NCBI GenBank assembly: GCA_963829525.1 | Contig: CAWHIJ010000003.1 | Coordinates: 2,400,001-2,464,000, forward strand | Direction of reading: 5' to 3' | Origin: an uncultured Actinomycetota bacterium | GTDB taxonomy: Bacteria > Actinomycetota > Actinomycetes > JAHEKZ01 | Length of the DNA: 64,000 bases | In this document: positions 41,866-53,147 of the stretch, one piece after another | Layout of the letters: each line of letters starts with the position of its first letter | Numbering within the stretch: the first letter of the stretch is position 1 | Made by a program: the position numbers and the translations under genes | Notes under the pieces: generated by a model | The model's input: the letters and a program-made list of their open reading frames with translations, nothing else | Database searches by the model: none | What the model was told of the DNA's origin: nothing

Positions 41866-43043
41866 GCTAACCACCAGCGTGCTGGAGCCCAACTCCATGC
41901 GTAGTCGGGGTCGTCTGCTTCAAGCGCCGCTGGTCCGAGGTCGAGTGGAGCGAACGTGTCGATCATCACCGCTGTCTCGTCGGTTGCCGCAACGCCCAGA
42001 CTCGCCTCGACCGCTCCCGGCTGCGGCCCGTGCGTGCATCCACTCGGGTGCAGCGTCAGCGAGCCCTGCCCGATCCCCGATCCACGACGGCTGGTGAACT
42101 CGCCGCCCACGTAGAAGAGCACTTCGTCGGAGTCGACGTTGGCGTGGTTGTACGGAGTCGGGATTGCGTCGGGGTGGTAGTCGAGCTTTCGCGGCACGAA
42201 GGAGCAGACCACGAAGTTCGGCCCAGCAAAGGTCTGGTGGACCGTCGGTGGCTGGTGGATCCTGCCGGTGATGGGCTCGAAGTCGGCGATGTTGAGCACA
42301 TAGGGATAGAGGCCCCCGTCCCACCCCACAACATCGAACGGATGATGGGCGTAGACAAACCGTGACATGCCACCTCGGGTCCGCACCAGAACCTCGACGT
42401 CCTCACCCTCCTTGAACAGGGGGGCGTCAGGAGCGCGCAGGTCGCGTTCGCAGTACGGGGCGTGCTCGAGAAACTGACCGCGCTTGGACAAGTACCGACT
42501 CGGCGCCCCCACATGTCCGCTCGCCTCGACGACCAGCAGGCGCAGCGGATCACCAGGTTCTGGTACGACACGGTAGGTGGTCGACGTCGGAACGACGACG
42601 TAGTCGCCGAGCCCGATCGAAAGGCTCCCGAAAACGGTCTCCACGACGCCGACTCCCGACTCCACGTACAGCAGCTCGTCACCTGTGCCATTGCGATAGA
42701 GCGGGGACGCCACACTCGCCACGCAGTACGAGACGCGTACGTCGCTGTTGCCGAACATCAACTTGCGCGCCATGACAGCGTCGTCCGTCGGTTCAACAGA
42801 GATCTTGTGGGCACGCACGTGTCTCGGTCTCAGCGGGTGATTGGGCCGCAGTCCTCCAGCGGGATCCGGCCAAGCCTCGATCGCACGCACGGCCGTGGGT
42901 AGGTACCGGTGATAGAGCAATGCCGACTCGCTGGAAAAGCCCTCTTGGCCCATGAGCTCTTCGGCGTACAGGCCACCGTCCGGCCGGCGGAATTGAGTGT
43001 GGCGCTTGCGGGGGATATCGCCGACGGTTCGGTAGTGCGCCAC
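41866..43043 (-). CDS. hmgA: Homogentisate 1,2-dioxygenase; 3' end probably frameshifted
   Basis: IPRKRHTQ, EELMGQEGF, HPFDVVGWDG, HQPPTVHQTF, PYNHANVDSDEV, HGPQPG. As sequenced the ORF reads on to 41775, into the GH18 gene. Confidence 0.9.
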
Positions 43044-43106
43044 TCATCCTCCATCGCCAGGCTCCCGGAATGGGGGCGTTCTCGACTTTCCGATACCGTC
43101 GCGAAT

Positions 43107-43928
43107 GTGTCAAGTATCAGCGGTCTCGCACTTTCCCTGATCGACGACGCGGCTGTCTTCCCGCCGGGCAATGCATCTCTCGCCGACGCAATCAGAATGT
43201 ATTACGACCGTTTCGAGACGAACCAGCAAGAGATCGTGGGCCCGCTGCTGGTACCGGCCTCCGCCGTGGAGACTCTGAGAGCGCTCGCGGATCCTGTTCG
43301 CATGCTCGATATCGCCCTCATCGGCGACACCGGCCTTGAAGGGCTTGCGGCGGCTCGTGACGCCCTCGAGCATGACAGGTGGATTACCGTGCATCACGTC
43401 GAGCTTCGTGCGTCATTGGATGGCCTGATCACCAAGGCGGTGGGCAACCTGCTCGACTCCTTGGCATTTACTGTTCCCACATACATCGAATTGCCAACTC
43501 CAGAGGCGCCTGCAGCACTTGCTGTCCTCGCTGATGACGGCGCGGAGCGGGCGAAGTTCCGCACCGGCCCGTACGACGTTCCATCGCCAGAGCAGTTGGC
43601 GGCCGCCATCGGTGGGGCGGTCCGGCTTCACGTGCCCTTCAAGCTCACCGGCGGTCTGCACCACGCGTTGCCCACTCACGACGAGGCCAGCGATCGACAG
43701 CACCACGGCCTGCTCAACGTCCTGGCGGCGACCGCAGCGGCCACTACAGGGGCAGATGACTTCACCCTTGCCGGGATCCTTGGGTCCCGAGATCCGGACC
43801 GACTACTTGCTCAGCTAGGCATCGTCGACGCTGGGGCCATCCGCCGGCATTTCAAGTCGTTGGGGTCCTGCAGCGTCGATGAGCCCTACAGGGAACTGGT
43901 GCGTTACGGAGTTGTGGAGGAGTCATGA
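43107..43928 (+). CDS. Conserved hypothetical protein upstream of fahA
   Basis: LIDDAAVFPPG, KFRTG, PFKLTGGLHHA, HGLLNVL, GSCSVDEP; ATGA overlap with fahA. Confidence 0.75.
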   Translation: MSSISGLALSLIDDAAVFPPGNASLADAIRMYYDRFETNQQEIVGPLLVPASAVETLRALADPVRMLDIALIGDTGLEGLAAARDALEHDRWITVHHVELRASLDGLITKAVGNLLDSLAFTVPTYIELPTPEAPAALAVLADDGAERAKFRTGPYDVPSPEQLAAAIGGAVRLHVPFKLTGGLHHALPTHDEASDRQHHGLLNVLAATAAATTGADDFTLAGILGSRDPDRLLAQLGIVDAGAIRRHFKSLGSCSVDEPYRELVRYGVVEES

Positions 43929-45145
43929 CTAGCTCATGGGTCGAGGGAGCGGACGAATCCAACTACTCATTGGCCGTCCTGCCGATGGGTGCGGCTGCTT
44001 TTGCCGACGGTGGCACTCCGCATGTCGTCACTCGAATCGGTGACCAGGTGCTCGATCTCCATACCCTGGCCCAGTCCGGGCTGGTCGTCGACGGGCTGGG
44101 TGGCCTGACCCGTTCGCCATCATTGAACGACCTCCTGGCAGCTGGTCGTTCGAGCTGGACTCAGCTACGCGCAACGCTGACCAACTGGCTCAGCGACTCC
44201 GCCTACCGCGACCGCATCGCAGCGCACCTGCATTCAACTGGTGCCGTCCGCATGGTGATGCCGTTCGACGTCGCTGACTACGTCGACTTCTACTCGTCCG
44301 AGCAGCATGCTCGTAACGTCGGGGCCATCTTTCGACCCGAATCCCCTGACCTCCCCGAGAACTGGAAGCATCTGCCCATCGGTTACCACGGTCGATCGGG
44401 CACCGTGGTGGTCAGCGGTACCGACATCGTGCGGCCACGAGGCCAGCGAAGGGCACGCGATGCCAGCGAACCGTCGTTCGGGCCCTCAACCCGCCTCGAC
44501 ATCGAGGCGGAGGTGGGGTTCGTCGTCGGTACGCCGAGCACTCTGGGATCGCCGGTATCAACCAGGGCACTGACCGACCATGTCTTCGGAGTCGTTCTGG
44601 TCAATGACTGGTCGGCACGAGACATCCAGGCGTGGGAGTACGTGCCGCTCGGGCCATTCCTCGGCAAGTCGTTCGCCACATCAATCTCGCCTTGGGTCAT
44701 CCCACTGGAAGCACTTGCCGCGGCACGGTGTCCGCTTCCTTCACAGGACCCACCGATATTCGATTACCTGCAAGACGACGACCCGTGGTGCCTCGACCTC
44801 CGGCTCTCGGTCACCCTCAACGGGTCGCTCGTCAGCGAGCCACCCTTTGCCACGCAGTACTGGTCGCCCGGTCAGCAGCTGGCGCACATGACAATCAACG
44901 GCGCGTCCCTCCGCACCGGAGATCTCTTCGCGTCCGGCACAGTGACGGGGCGAGAGCGCCACCAGCGCGGCTCGCTTCTCGAGCTCAGCTGGGGCGGACG
45001 CGAGCCCTTCACCCTCGATGACGGCAGCAAACGCACGTTCCTCGAGGACGGTGACGCCGTCACCATCAGCGGCTGGGCCCCTGGGCCCGATGGGCGGCGG
45101 ATCGGTCTGGGCGAAGTAACTGGAACGGTGCTGGCTTCTCGCTAG
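43925..45145 (+). CDS. fahA: Fumarylacetoacetase
   Basis: DYVDFYSSEQHA, PIGYHGRS, LDIEAE, NDWSARDIQAWEYVPLGPFLGKSF. Confidence 0.95.
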   Translation: MTSSWVEGADESNYSLAVLPMGAAAFADGGTPHVVTRIGDQVLDLHTLAQSGLVVDGLGGLTRSPSLNDLLAAGRSSWTQLRATLTNWLSDSAYRDRIAAHLHSTGAVRMVMPFDVADYVDFYSSEQHARNVGAIFRPESPDLPENWKHLPIGYHGRSGTVVVSGTDIVRPRGQRRARDASEPSFGPSTRLDIEAEVGFVVGTPSTLGSPVSTRALTDHVFGVVLVNDWSARDIQAWEYVPLGPFLGKSFATSISPWVIPLEALAAARCPLPSQDPPIFDYLQDDDPWCLDLRLSVTLNGSLVSEPPFATQYWSPGQQLAHMTINGASLRTGDLFASGTVTGRERHQRGSLLELSWGGREPFTLDDGSKRTFLEDGDAVTISGWAPGPDGRRIGLGEVTGTVLASR

Positions 45146-46569
45146 CGCGGATCCGCTGGCTTCGCACCATCGACCAACCATCTGGTGAAGAAGGCATCCA
45201 GCGAGTCGCCGGAAACCCGCTCTGCAACCCGCATGAATTCGCCGGTGCGCCCATTGCCGTTGGCGAAACGGTTGGCCCAGTGCCGCAAGATCTTGTTGAC
45301 CGTTGGCGCTCCCACCCGCAGGCGTAGGGCGAAGAGAGTCATCGCACCGCGCGAGTAGATCGGAGCGTTGAAGAGGTTGGCGTACCCGGGGTTTGAGACG
45401 TTGAGCTTCCAGAAGTTGCTGTCGCCCGGCCGTGCGTACGCGTCGTCAAACTGCGAGGCCATGGACGGCCCACCGTCGTGCGCCACCCACATCCACTCCG
45501 CGTAGGTAGCAAAGCCCTCGTTGAGCCAGATATCGCGCCAACGCTCGACGGCGACGCTGTCTCCGTACCACTGGTGGGCGAGCTCATGGGCGACGGTCGC
45601 GGGGAACCCCCGCCAACCAACGAGTGACTTGTCGTACGTCGGACGGGTCTGGTTCTCCAACGCGTAGTAGCTGCGGTGGTTGTCGACGATGCCGCCAGCA
45701 GACTCGAAGGGGTACTGGCCAAACTTGGACTCGAAGAAGTCGATGATCTTTGGAGTGAGAGCAAGCACGCGGTCGGTGCTTCTCGGAAAGCCGCGATCCA
45801 CATAGTTCAGCACGGGGATACCGGAGCTCGTTCGCATCCGATCGAAGCGCCACTTGCCGATCGACACCGTCGCGAGGTACGAGGCCATCGGGTCGCGGGT
45901 GCACCAGCTGAAGGTCGTCCACCCGTCGCGAGTGATCGGTGCACGCTCGGGCATACCGTTCGACACCGCTTGAAGCCCCTTGGGTACCGCGATCTTGGTG
46001 CAGATTCGAGCCTTGTCACTGGGGTGTTCGTTGACCGGGAACCAGAACATCCCCGCCTCGGGCTCACCCACGATGGTGGCGCCATCGGCGGTGTTGAACC
46101 AGCCGGACTTGCCAAGGTTCGGGTCGTTGAGGATCTCTGGCTTACCCCCGTACCGGACGACGACCGTGAAACGGGCGCCATCGGTGATGCCTACAACTGG
46201 CTGAACCGTCACCTCACGGTGATGCCTGCCGCCAGAACGACTGACCGCCGCCGTGACGCCATCGACTTTGGCCGAGTCGACGACGAGTCCGTAGAGGTCG
46301 AGGTTGAACGCAGACAACGACTGCGTAGCTGTCGCTTCAATCGTGGCAACACCCTGCAGGTGGTCGGTGCGCGGGTTGAAACGCAGGTCAAGGTCGTAGC
46401 GCCTCACCTGATAGCCACCGTTGCCCTCAGTCGGGACGTACGGGTCGCCGATTCCGATTGATCCGGGAGTGAAGCCTCCCCCGGCGACGGCCGCTCCACC
46501 AACCCCAAGGACGCTGACGATGAGGGAGGTCACAACAGCGACGCTGACGGCGATCGGCTTGCGGACCAC
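45142..46569 (-). CDS. Secreted M1 family aminopeptidase
   Basis: ALENQ, HELAHQWYG..WLNEGFATY, YSRGA. Confidence 0.92.
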   Translation of the reverse strand: MVRKPIAVSVAVVTSLIVSVLGVGGAAVAGGGFTPGSIGIGDPYVPTEGNGGYQVRRYDLDLRFNPRTDHLQGVATIEATATQSLSAFNLDLYGLVVDSAKVDGVTAAVSRSGGRHHREVTVQPVVGITDGARFTVVVRYGGKPEILNDPNLGKSGWFNTADGATIVGEPEAGMFWFPVNEHPSDKARICTKIAVPKGLQAVSNGMPERAPITRDGWTTFSWCTRDPMASYLATVSIGKWRFDRMRTSSGIPVLNYVDRGFPRSTDRVLALTPKIIDFFESKFGQYPFESAGGIVDNHRSYYALENQTRPTYDKSLVGWRGFPATVAHELAHQWYGDSVAVERWRDIWLNEGFATYAEWMWVAHDGGPSMASQFDDAYARPGDSNFWKLNVSNPGYANLFNAPIYSRGAMTLFALRLRVGAPTVNKILRHWANRFANGNGRTGEFMRVAERVSGDSLDAFFTRWLVDGAKPADPR

Positions 46570-46613
46570 GTGAGAATCCCTTCAGAGGAGGTGGCCTCAC
46601 CCTAGTGGTCCTC

Positions 46614-47846
<1,233 letters not shown>

Positions 47847-47868
47847 TCAATCTGTACAGTCAGATGAC

Positions 47869-48354
47869 ATGAAGCAGCCAATTGATGCACTGGACGCCCG
47901 TATCCTGGCCTTGTTTCGGACCGAGCCGCGGATCGGCGTCCTCGAAGCCTCCCGTCGCTTGGTGGTAGCCAGGGGAACCGTGCAGGCCCGGTTGGACCGC
48001 ATGGAGGCGCAGGGCATCGTGACCGGTTGGGGACCTGACGTCAACCCAGTTGCCCTCGGGTTCGAGGTCAGCGCTTTCGTCACTCTGGAGATCAGTCAGC
48101 GCGGCCACCGCACCATCGAGACGGCCCTCGCCGGGCTACCTGAGGTGTTGGAGGCCCACACCATCTCTGGCTCGGGCGACATGCTCGTCCGCGTCGTGGC
48201 CCGTACTAACGCCGATCTTCAGCGTGTGGTGGACGCGGTGCTCGACATCGACGGCGTCGAGCGGTCGAACATGGTGATCGTGCTGGCAGACGGTGTTCCG
48301 TACCGCACGACACCCTTGCTCGAGCGAGCTGCCAGCGACAGTGAAGACTTCTAG
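47869..48354 (+). CDS. Lrp/AsnC family regulator divergent from hppD
   Basis: LDARILALF..ARGTVQARLDRM; HTISGSGD. Confidence 0.9.
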   Translation: MKQPIDALDARILALFRTEPRIGVLEASRRLVVARGTVQARLDRMEAQGIVTGWGPDVNPVALGFEVSAFVTLEISQRGHRTIETALAGLPEVLEAHTISGSGDMLVRVVARTNADLQRVVDAVLDIDGVERSNMVIVLADGVPYRTTPLLERAASDSEDF

Positions 48355-48369
48355 GGAGCCCGAGACTGA

Positions 48370-48938
48370 CTAAGAGGCCGCTACCATCCTTCGAAGCTGG
48401 AACGAGGCGAACACCTCAACGATGCCCGAGGAAGACCAGCCAGAGTCCGGTGACCCAGACGAGGGCGTTGAGGGTGATTGCCGGCCAGGCCAGGACGACG
48501 ATGCCGGCGATCAGGCTCAAGCGCTCCGATGAAGATCACCCAGCCGCGCGCCGGCATCCCCGGGTTAGCGATGCCCTCTATCAGCTCGGCGACGCCGCGA
48601 ACCACCCAGCCGACACCGACGAGAAGGGCGAGAACAGCCACAGCCTGGCTGATGCCGCGGAACGCGACGATTCCCAGCAGCACCGAGAAGAGTCCGGCGA
48701 TCGCCGACAACACCCTCATACCGGTGTCACCGGCATCACTGGAGAAGCTCGCCACGAGCAAGAAGATGCCGCTGAAGATCAGGTAGATGCCAACAATGAC
48801 AGCGAAGAAAGCCACCGACTGCTCAGTGAAGACCATCAGGATTACGCCGAGGGCAATCGTGGCCAGACCGAAAGCAAGCGCCGCGCCAAAACTGCGGCCC
48901 AGCATGCCTTGCAACTGATCTGTCGATGTGGTGCTCAT
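48370..48938 (-). CDS. HdeD/DUF308 membrane protein with two apparent frameshifts near the 3' end
   Basis: Repeated short TM units. Removing single extra bases near 48520 and 48426 restores SLIAGIVVLAWP..GIVEVFASFQLRRMVAAS*. Confidence 0.75.
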
Positions 48939-49684
48939 AGCCGCCCTGCCTCCGTCACGCGCCGTAAGAAACGCCTCGTGCGCTCCTCTTGCGGTTCGGA
49001 GAGTACCTGCTCAGGCGGGCCGAGCTCGGCAACCTCGCCGCCGTCAAGGAAGGCAACACGGGTGGCCACTTCGCGAGCGAAAGCCATCTCGTGCGTTGCC
49101 AGCACCATCGTCAGCCCGGCGGCCTTAAGGTCTCGGATCACGCCAAGCACTTCCCCGACCAGCTCTGGGTCGAGCGCCGAGGTGATCTCGTCGAAGAGCA
49201 TGATTCTTGGCTGCATCGCCAAAGCCCGCACGATCGCAACGCGCTGCTGCTGTCCGCCGGAAAGCCGATCGGGGTATCCACCGGCCTTGTCGGCCAGACC
49301 AAACCGCGTGAGCAGCTCTGTGGCCTGCGTCTCAGCCACGTCGCGCGAATGGCCCAGCACCTTCCTCGGCGCCAGCGTGATGTTGTCCATCACGCTGCGG
49401 TGCGGGAAGAGGTTAAACGACTGGAAGACGATCCCGATGTTGCGACGGGCCGCGTTGACGTCATAGCCGGGCCAAGAGATGTCCTCGCCCTCCAAGATGA
49501 CCGCCCCAGAGTCGATCGGCTCCAGAAGATCGATGCAGCGCAGCAGGGTCGACTTGCCGCATCCAGATGATCCGATCAACGCGACGACTTCGTGCTCGTC
49601 GACATCGAGCGAGACACCACGGAGCACCGGGTTGTCGCCGTAGGCCTTGTGCACGTCTTTCAGCTGAAGCGTCGGCTCGGTCAA
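48935..49684 (-). CDS. Polar amino-acid ABC transporter ATPase
   Basis: GSSGCGKST, FQSFNLFPH, LSGGQQQR, FDEITSALDPE. Confidence 0.93.
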   Translation of the reverse strand: MTEPTLQLKDVHKAYGDNPVLRGVSLDVDEHEVVALIGSSGCGKSTLLRCIDLLEPIDSGAVILEGEDISWPGYDVNAARRNIGIVFQSFNLFPHRSVMDNITLAPRKVLGHSRDVAETQATELLTRFGLADKAGGYPDRLSGGQQQRVAIVRALAMQPRIMLFDEITSALDPELVGEVLGVIRDLKAAGLTMVLATHEMAFAREVATRVAFLDGGEVAELGPPEQVLSEPQEERTRRFLRRVTEAGRL

Positions 49685-50544
49685 AGCCCACCGCCAGCTG
49701 CTGCGCTCCGCCGCCGCTGGCGGTCGGCCATCCAGTCGGCCCACCGGGACAACGGAACGGTGAGTAGAACGTAGAAGAAGGCGGCCACGACGAATGGTGT
49801 GTAGTTGAAGACGTCGAAGGCGTAGATCTGTGCTGCCCTCGTCATCTCGACACCGGCCCCGACGATAGCAATCAGAGCCGTGTCCTTCTGCAGTGCGATG
49901 AAGTCGTTGAGCAATGGGGGTATCACCCGTCGCACGGCCTGGGGTACCACCACGTATCGCAGGCTCTGGTACTGGTTCAGACCCAAAGCTCGGGCTGCCG
50001 CACGCTGGCTGGGATGAACCGACTCAAGTCCAGCGCGCAAGACTTCGCTGACGTAAGCGGTGTACGAGACGACGAGGGCGAACCACGCCCAGAAGAGACG
50101 CGAGTCCGACAGACCTTCGAGGTTCAGCGCCGGGATTCCAAATGCGAACATCAAGATCAACAAGATGGTTGGGATACCGCGAACCACATCAGCGTAGGCG
50201 ATGGCCAGGAAACGGAGGGGTGTGAAGACCGGAGCGGACAGTCCCCGGACCACCGCCAGCAGGAGTCCAATGACCAGGATCACCGGCTCGGCTGTGAGGA
50301 ACAGAATCACCGTGAGCTTGAGGCCGGTCAGAATCTCTGGCAGAACTTCGCGCGCGTGGAACCCGTTGAAGAACGACTCCCGCACGGCCGGCCATCCGGG
50401 TGAGGTGACGATCAGCACCAGCAGCGCGCCGAGGACAAGGATCGTGCTCGCTGTCGACACTGCCGTGTTCCGGCGCCTCCGCTTGGAGATGGCGTCCAAC
50501 CGTGCCGGGTCGTAGACCGGCACGGCGTCGGAGGTAGCTGTCAC
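49681..50544 (-). CDS. Polar amino-acid ABC transporter permease
   Basis: RGIP, AYVSEVLRAG..AARALGL, PQAVRRVIPPL, KDTAL. Confidence 0.92.
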   Translation of the reverse strand: MTATSDAVPVYDPARLDAISKRRRRNTAVSTASTILVLGALLVLIVTSPGWPAVRESFFNGFHAREVLPEILTGLKLTVILFLTAEPVILVIGLLLAVVRGLSAPVFTPLRFLAIAYADVVRGIPTILLILMFAFGIPALNLEGLSDSRLFWAWFALVVSYTAYVSEVLRAGLESVHPSQRAAARALGLNQYQSLRYVVVPQAVRRVIPPLLNDFIALQKDTALIAIVGAGVEMTRAAQIYAFDVFNYTPFVVAAFFYVLLTVPLSRWADWMADRQRRRSAAAGGGL

Positions 50545-50566
50545 TGGACCGCGCCGACGCGTCGGG

Positions 50567-51433
50567 TCAGCTCAAGATCGGCGCGTCGGAGTACTCGGTC
50601 ATCCACTGGTTGGTGATGTCGAGCAGCTCACCGGAATCGGTGAGCGCCCCAAGTGCCTGGTTGACGCAGGTGACCAGTGGGTTGTCCTTCTCAAGCGCAA
50701 GACCCCAACTCTCAGCAGCGTTGGCAGCCGGTAGCTGCCCGACGACCGTCCCCGGCACCTCCGCTGCAGCGAGGTAGAGGGTGGTCGGCAGGTCGGTGAC
50801 GATCGCATCGATCTGACCGTTCACCAGGGCCTGGGTCGAGGCGGTCGTGTCATCGAACACGTCAACCTCCTGAGTGGGGGCGATCTGGCTCTCGACATCA
50901 TCGGACGCCGTGGTGCCGATCTGAACACCGATCTTGGCGTCTTGCAGTTCGGCGAGGGACGTGACGTCGGCGAACTCGCTGTCCTTGAGGACGAGCACCC
51001 CGTTGGAGGCTGCGTAGTACGGGTCGCTGAAGGTCACTGCCTCCCCGCGCTTGGGAGTGATCGAAATTTGGTTGATGGCGAAGTCGAAGTCCTTCGCGCC
51101 CGGAGCGGCCAGCTGGCTGAAGCCGGCAAAGGTCCACGCGACCTGGTCCTTGGCAAACCCCATCTCCCTCGCCACCGCATAGGCCGTTGCCGACTCGAAG
51201 CCCTTGCCATTCGTTGGCTTGTTGTCGATGACATACGGGGGGTAGGCAGGATCGCTTGTGCCCACCGTGAGTTTGCCGTCCGTGACCGTGGTGATGTCGG
51301 CACAAGCGTCCCCGCTGGTCGTGGTCGCGGCCGGTTCATTCTGCTCTTTAGCGCAGGACGAGAGCGCAAGGACGGCTGCAACCGAAGCGGTGACCAAAAC
51401 GGCAGAGCGGAGCGATGTGCGGGCGATGCGCAT
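50567..51433 (-). CDS. Polar amino-acid ABC transporter substrate-binding lipoprotein
   Basis: Lipobox LSSC; LTVGTSDPAYPP, ISITPKR, FSDPYY, IGVQIGTT. Confidence 0.9.
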   Translation of the reverse strand: MRIARTSLRSAVLVTASVAAVLALSSCAKEQNEPAATTTSGDACADITTVTDGKLTVGTSDPAYPPYVIDNKPTNGKGFESATAYAVAREMGFAKDQVAWTFAGFSQLAAPGAKDFDFAINQISITPKRGEAVTFSDPYYAASNGVLVLKDSEFADVTSLAELQDAKIGVQIGTTASDDVESQIAPTQEVDVFDDTTASTQALVNGQIDAIVTDLPTTLYLAAAEVPGTVVGQLPAANAAESWGLALEKDNPLVTCVNQALGALTDSGELLDITNQWMTEYSDAPILS

Positions 51434-51499
51434 GGGGCCTCCGAGGCTCGTGGGTGGAGGTGTCCTCCACCTGACATGCAGATGAACGTCGCCCGAAGC

Positions 51500-51619
51500 C
51501 TAGCGCCGGGCCACCACCCACGCGCGCAGGGTATCGATCCGATGCTGCAGGTCGCTGGCGTTCGCCAGCGGCACGACAGGGCCACCCAGCGTGGCGAAGG
51601 GCGGGTATCGGTAAGTCAC
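51500..51619 (-). CDS. Candidate 39-aa leader/upstream ORF
   Basis: GTG...TAG = MTYRYPPFATLGGPVVPLANASDLQHRIDTLRAWVVARR; TAGGCT -10-like hexamer just upstream. Confidence 0.35.
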   Translation of the reverse strand: MTYRYPPFATLGGPVVPLANASDLQHRIDTLRAWVVARR

Positions 51620-51690
51620 GGGGGCACGAGCCTAAGGACCTCGATGCCCAATGAGCACGACCCCAACCCGCTCGGCGTGTCAGGCCCTGA

Positions 51691-53118
51691 TCAACCCGAG
51701 TTCGCACCTGCGGGGCGCGGTGACACCCGGGGGGACAGGACCGTTCCGATCACCGCGATCGTCGTCATCACCAAGAAGATCGTGAGGTAGACGCCAGAGT
51801 CCTGGCCAGCCCGGGCATGCGACGTCGCGAAGATCACCCCGCCGAGGCCGGTGGCCAAGATGACGCCGAGCGAGTCAGAGATCTGCAATGCTGCCGAGTT
51901 CACTCCTTGCTTGTCGGGAGGTGAGAGCTGCAGGACCAGGACGCCGAGCGATCCGTACAAGATGCCCATCCCGAAAGAGCCGATGGCCCATGTGAACGCG
52001 ATCACCTGCCACGAGACGGCCTCCAGGGCGACAACACTCGAGAGCGCGAGCCCAGCCGTGGTGAACGATGCCCCGATCACCACAAGTCGATCACGTGTGA
52101 TCGTCAACGTCGGGCGACCCTGGATCCAGCTGCCCAAGAACCATCCGATCGCTGCACCGGAGAGTGAGCCACCCGCAAAGACCGACGAGAGCCCTCGTTC
52201 GCTGACCAGCATCAGCGGGACAAACCACTCGGCCGCAAAGAATGACCCAGCGAAGACGCCACGAATCAACACCACGGTAGGAAGACCTCGCCGCGACATG
52301 AGTGTTCCCTCGGGCAGCAGCCGGGGGACGGCGTATCCGAGCAGGCCAATGGCGAGGGGTGCGAGAACCAGTGACCAGGCATCGAGTAGCTGTCCAGACA
52401 CCTGCAGCAGAACAACTCCGACCGCGGCGAGAAGCGCCAGGCGTTTGCGTCCTGCCGCCGGGTCGGCGTCCGGGTCCGGCTCGACGTGCATCGACTGAAG
52501 CCGCGGTATCAGTACGGCCCCGACTGGGATGAGCAGCAGCAGGACGCCGAAGAAGACCCAGCGCCAGCCGAATGCGTCTGTGATGAGTCCGGCCACGAGA
52601 GGACCAACGATCCCCGGGACCACCCACGAGCCGGAAAGTGCGGTGAATACCCGCGGCCGCATGTCCTCTGGGTAGGCCCGCCCGATGACCACATAAAGCG
52701 CCACGATCGCGGCGCCGAACCCCAGACCCTGAAAGGCTCGCCCAAGCAGAAGCACTGGCATCGTCGGGGCGAAGCCGCAGACCAAGGTCCCCAGGACGAA
52801 AGCCACGAGCCCGGCCGACAGCGGAGGCACCGGGCCTCGACGATCCGCCCACCCGCCGGCCGCAGCCATCGCGTACAGGCCAGCAGCCGTGACGGCGGTG
52901 GAACCCCAGGCGTAGAGGGGGAGGCCATCTAGCTCTCGCGCCGCAGTGGGCATCGCGGTGATGACGCCCATCGCCTCAAAGGCCACGATCGTCATCACCG
53001 AGATGACGCCAAGGGTGAGCACGCGGTACTGCGGTCCGAAGATGCTTTGGGGTCCGGTCCGCGGTTGCTGCTGCCCAGGCCTGATGCCCGTCATGTCTGG
53101 CTCAGGTCTCGTGGTCAC
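51691..53118 (-). CDS. MFS transporter
   Basis: AFEAMGVITAMP, GWADRRGP, GRAFQGLG, GWRWVF. Confidence 0.88.
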   Translation of the reverse strand: MTTRPEPDMTGIRPGQQQPRTGPQSIFGPQYRVLTLGVISVMTIVAFEAMGVITAMPTAARELDGLPLYAWGSTAVTAAGLYAMAAAGGWADRRGPVPPLSAGLVAFVLGTLVCGFAPTMPVLLLGRAFQGLGFGAAIVALYVVIGRAYPEDMRPRVFTALSGSWVVPGIVGPLVAGLITDAFGWRWVFFGVLLLLIPVGAVLIPRLQSMHVEPDPDADPAAGRKRLALLAAVGVVLLQVSGQLLDAWSLVLAPLAIGLLGYAVPRLLPEGTLMSRRGLPTVVLIRGVFAGSFFAAEWFVPLMLVSERGLSSVFAGGSLSGAAIGWFLGSWIQGRPTLTITRDRLVVIGASFTTAGLALSSVVALEAVSWQVIAFTWAIGSFGMGILYGSLGVLVLQLSPPDKQGVNSAALQISDSLGVILATGLGGVIFATSHARAGQDSGVYLTIFLVMTTIAVIGTVLSPRVSPRPAGANSG

Positions 53119-53147
53119 CTCACCAGCGTATGCACACGCTCAACGAG

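Noticed and set aside
41775-41898. True overlapping genes hmgA/GH18
   Set aside because: A one-base shift ends HmgA at 41866, and the GH18 signal peptide starts at 41835.
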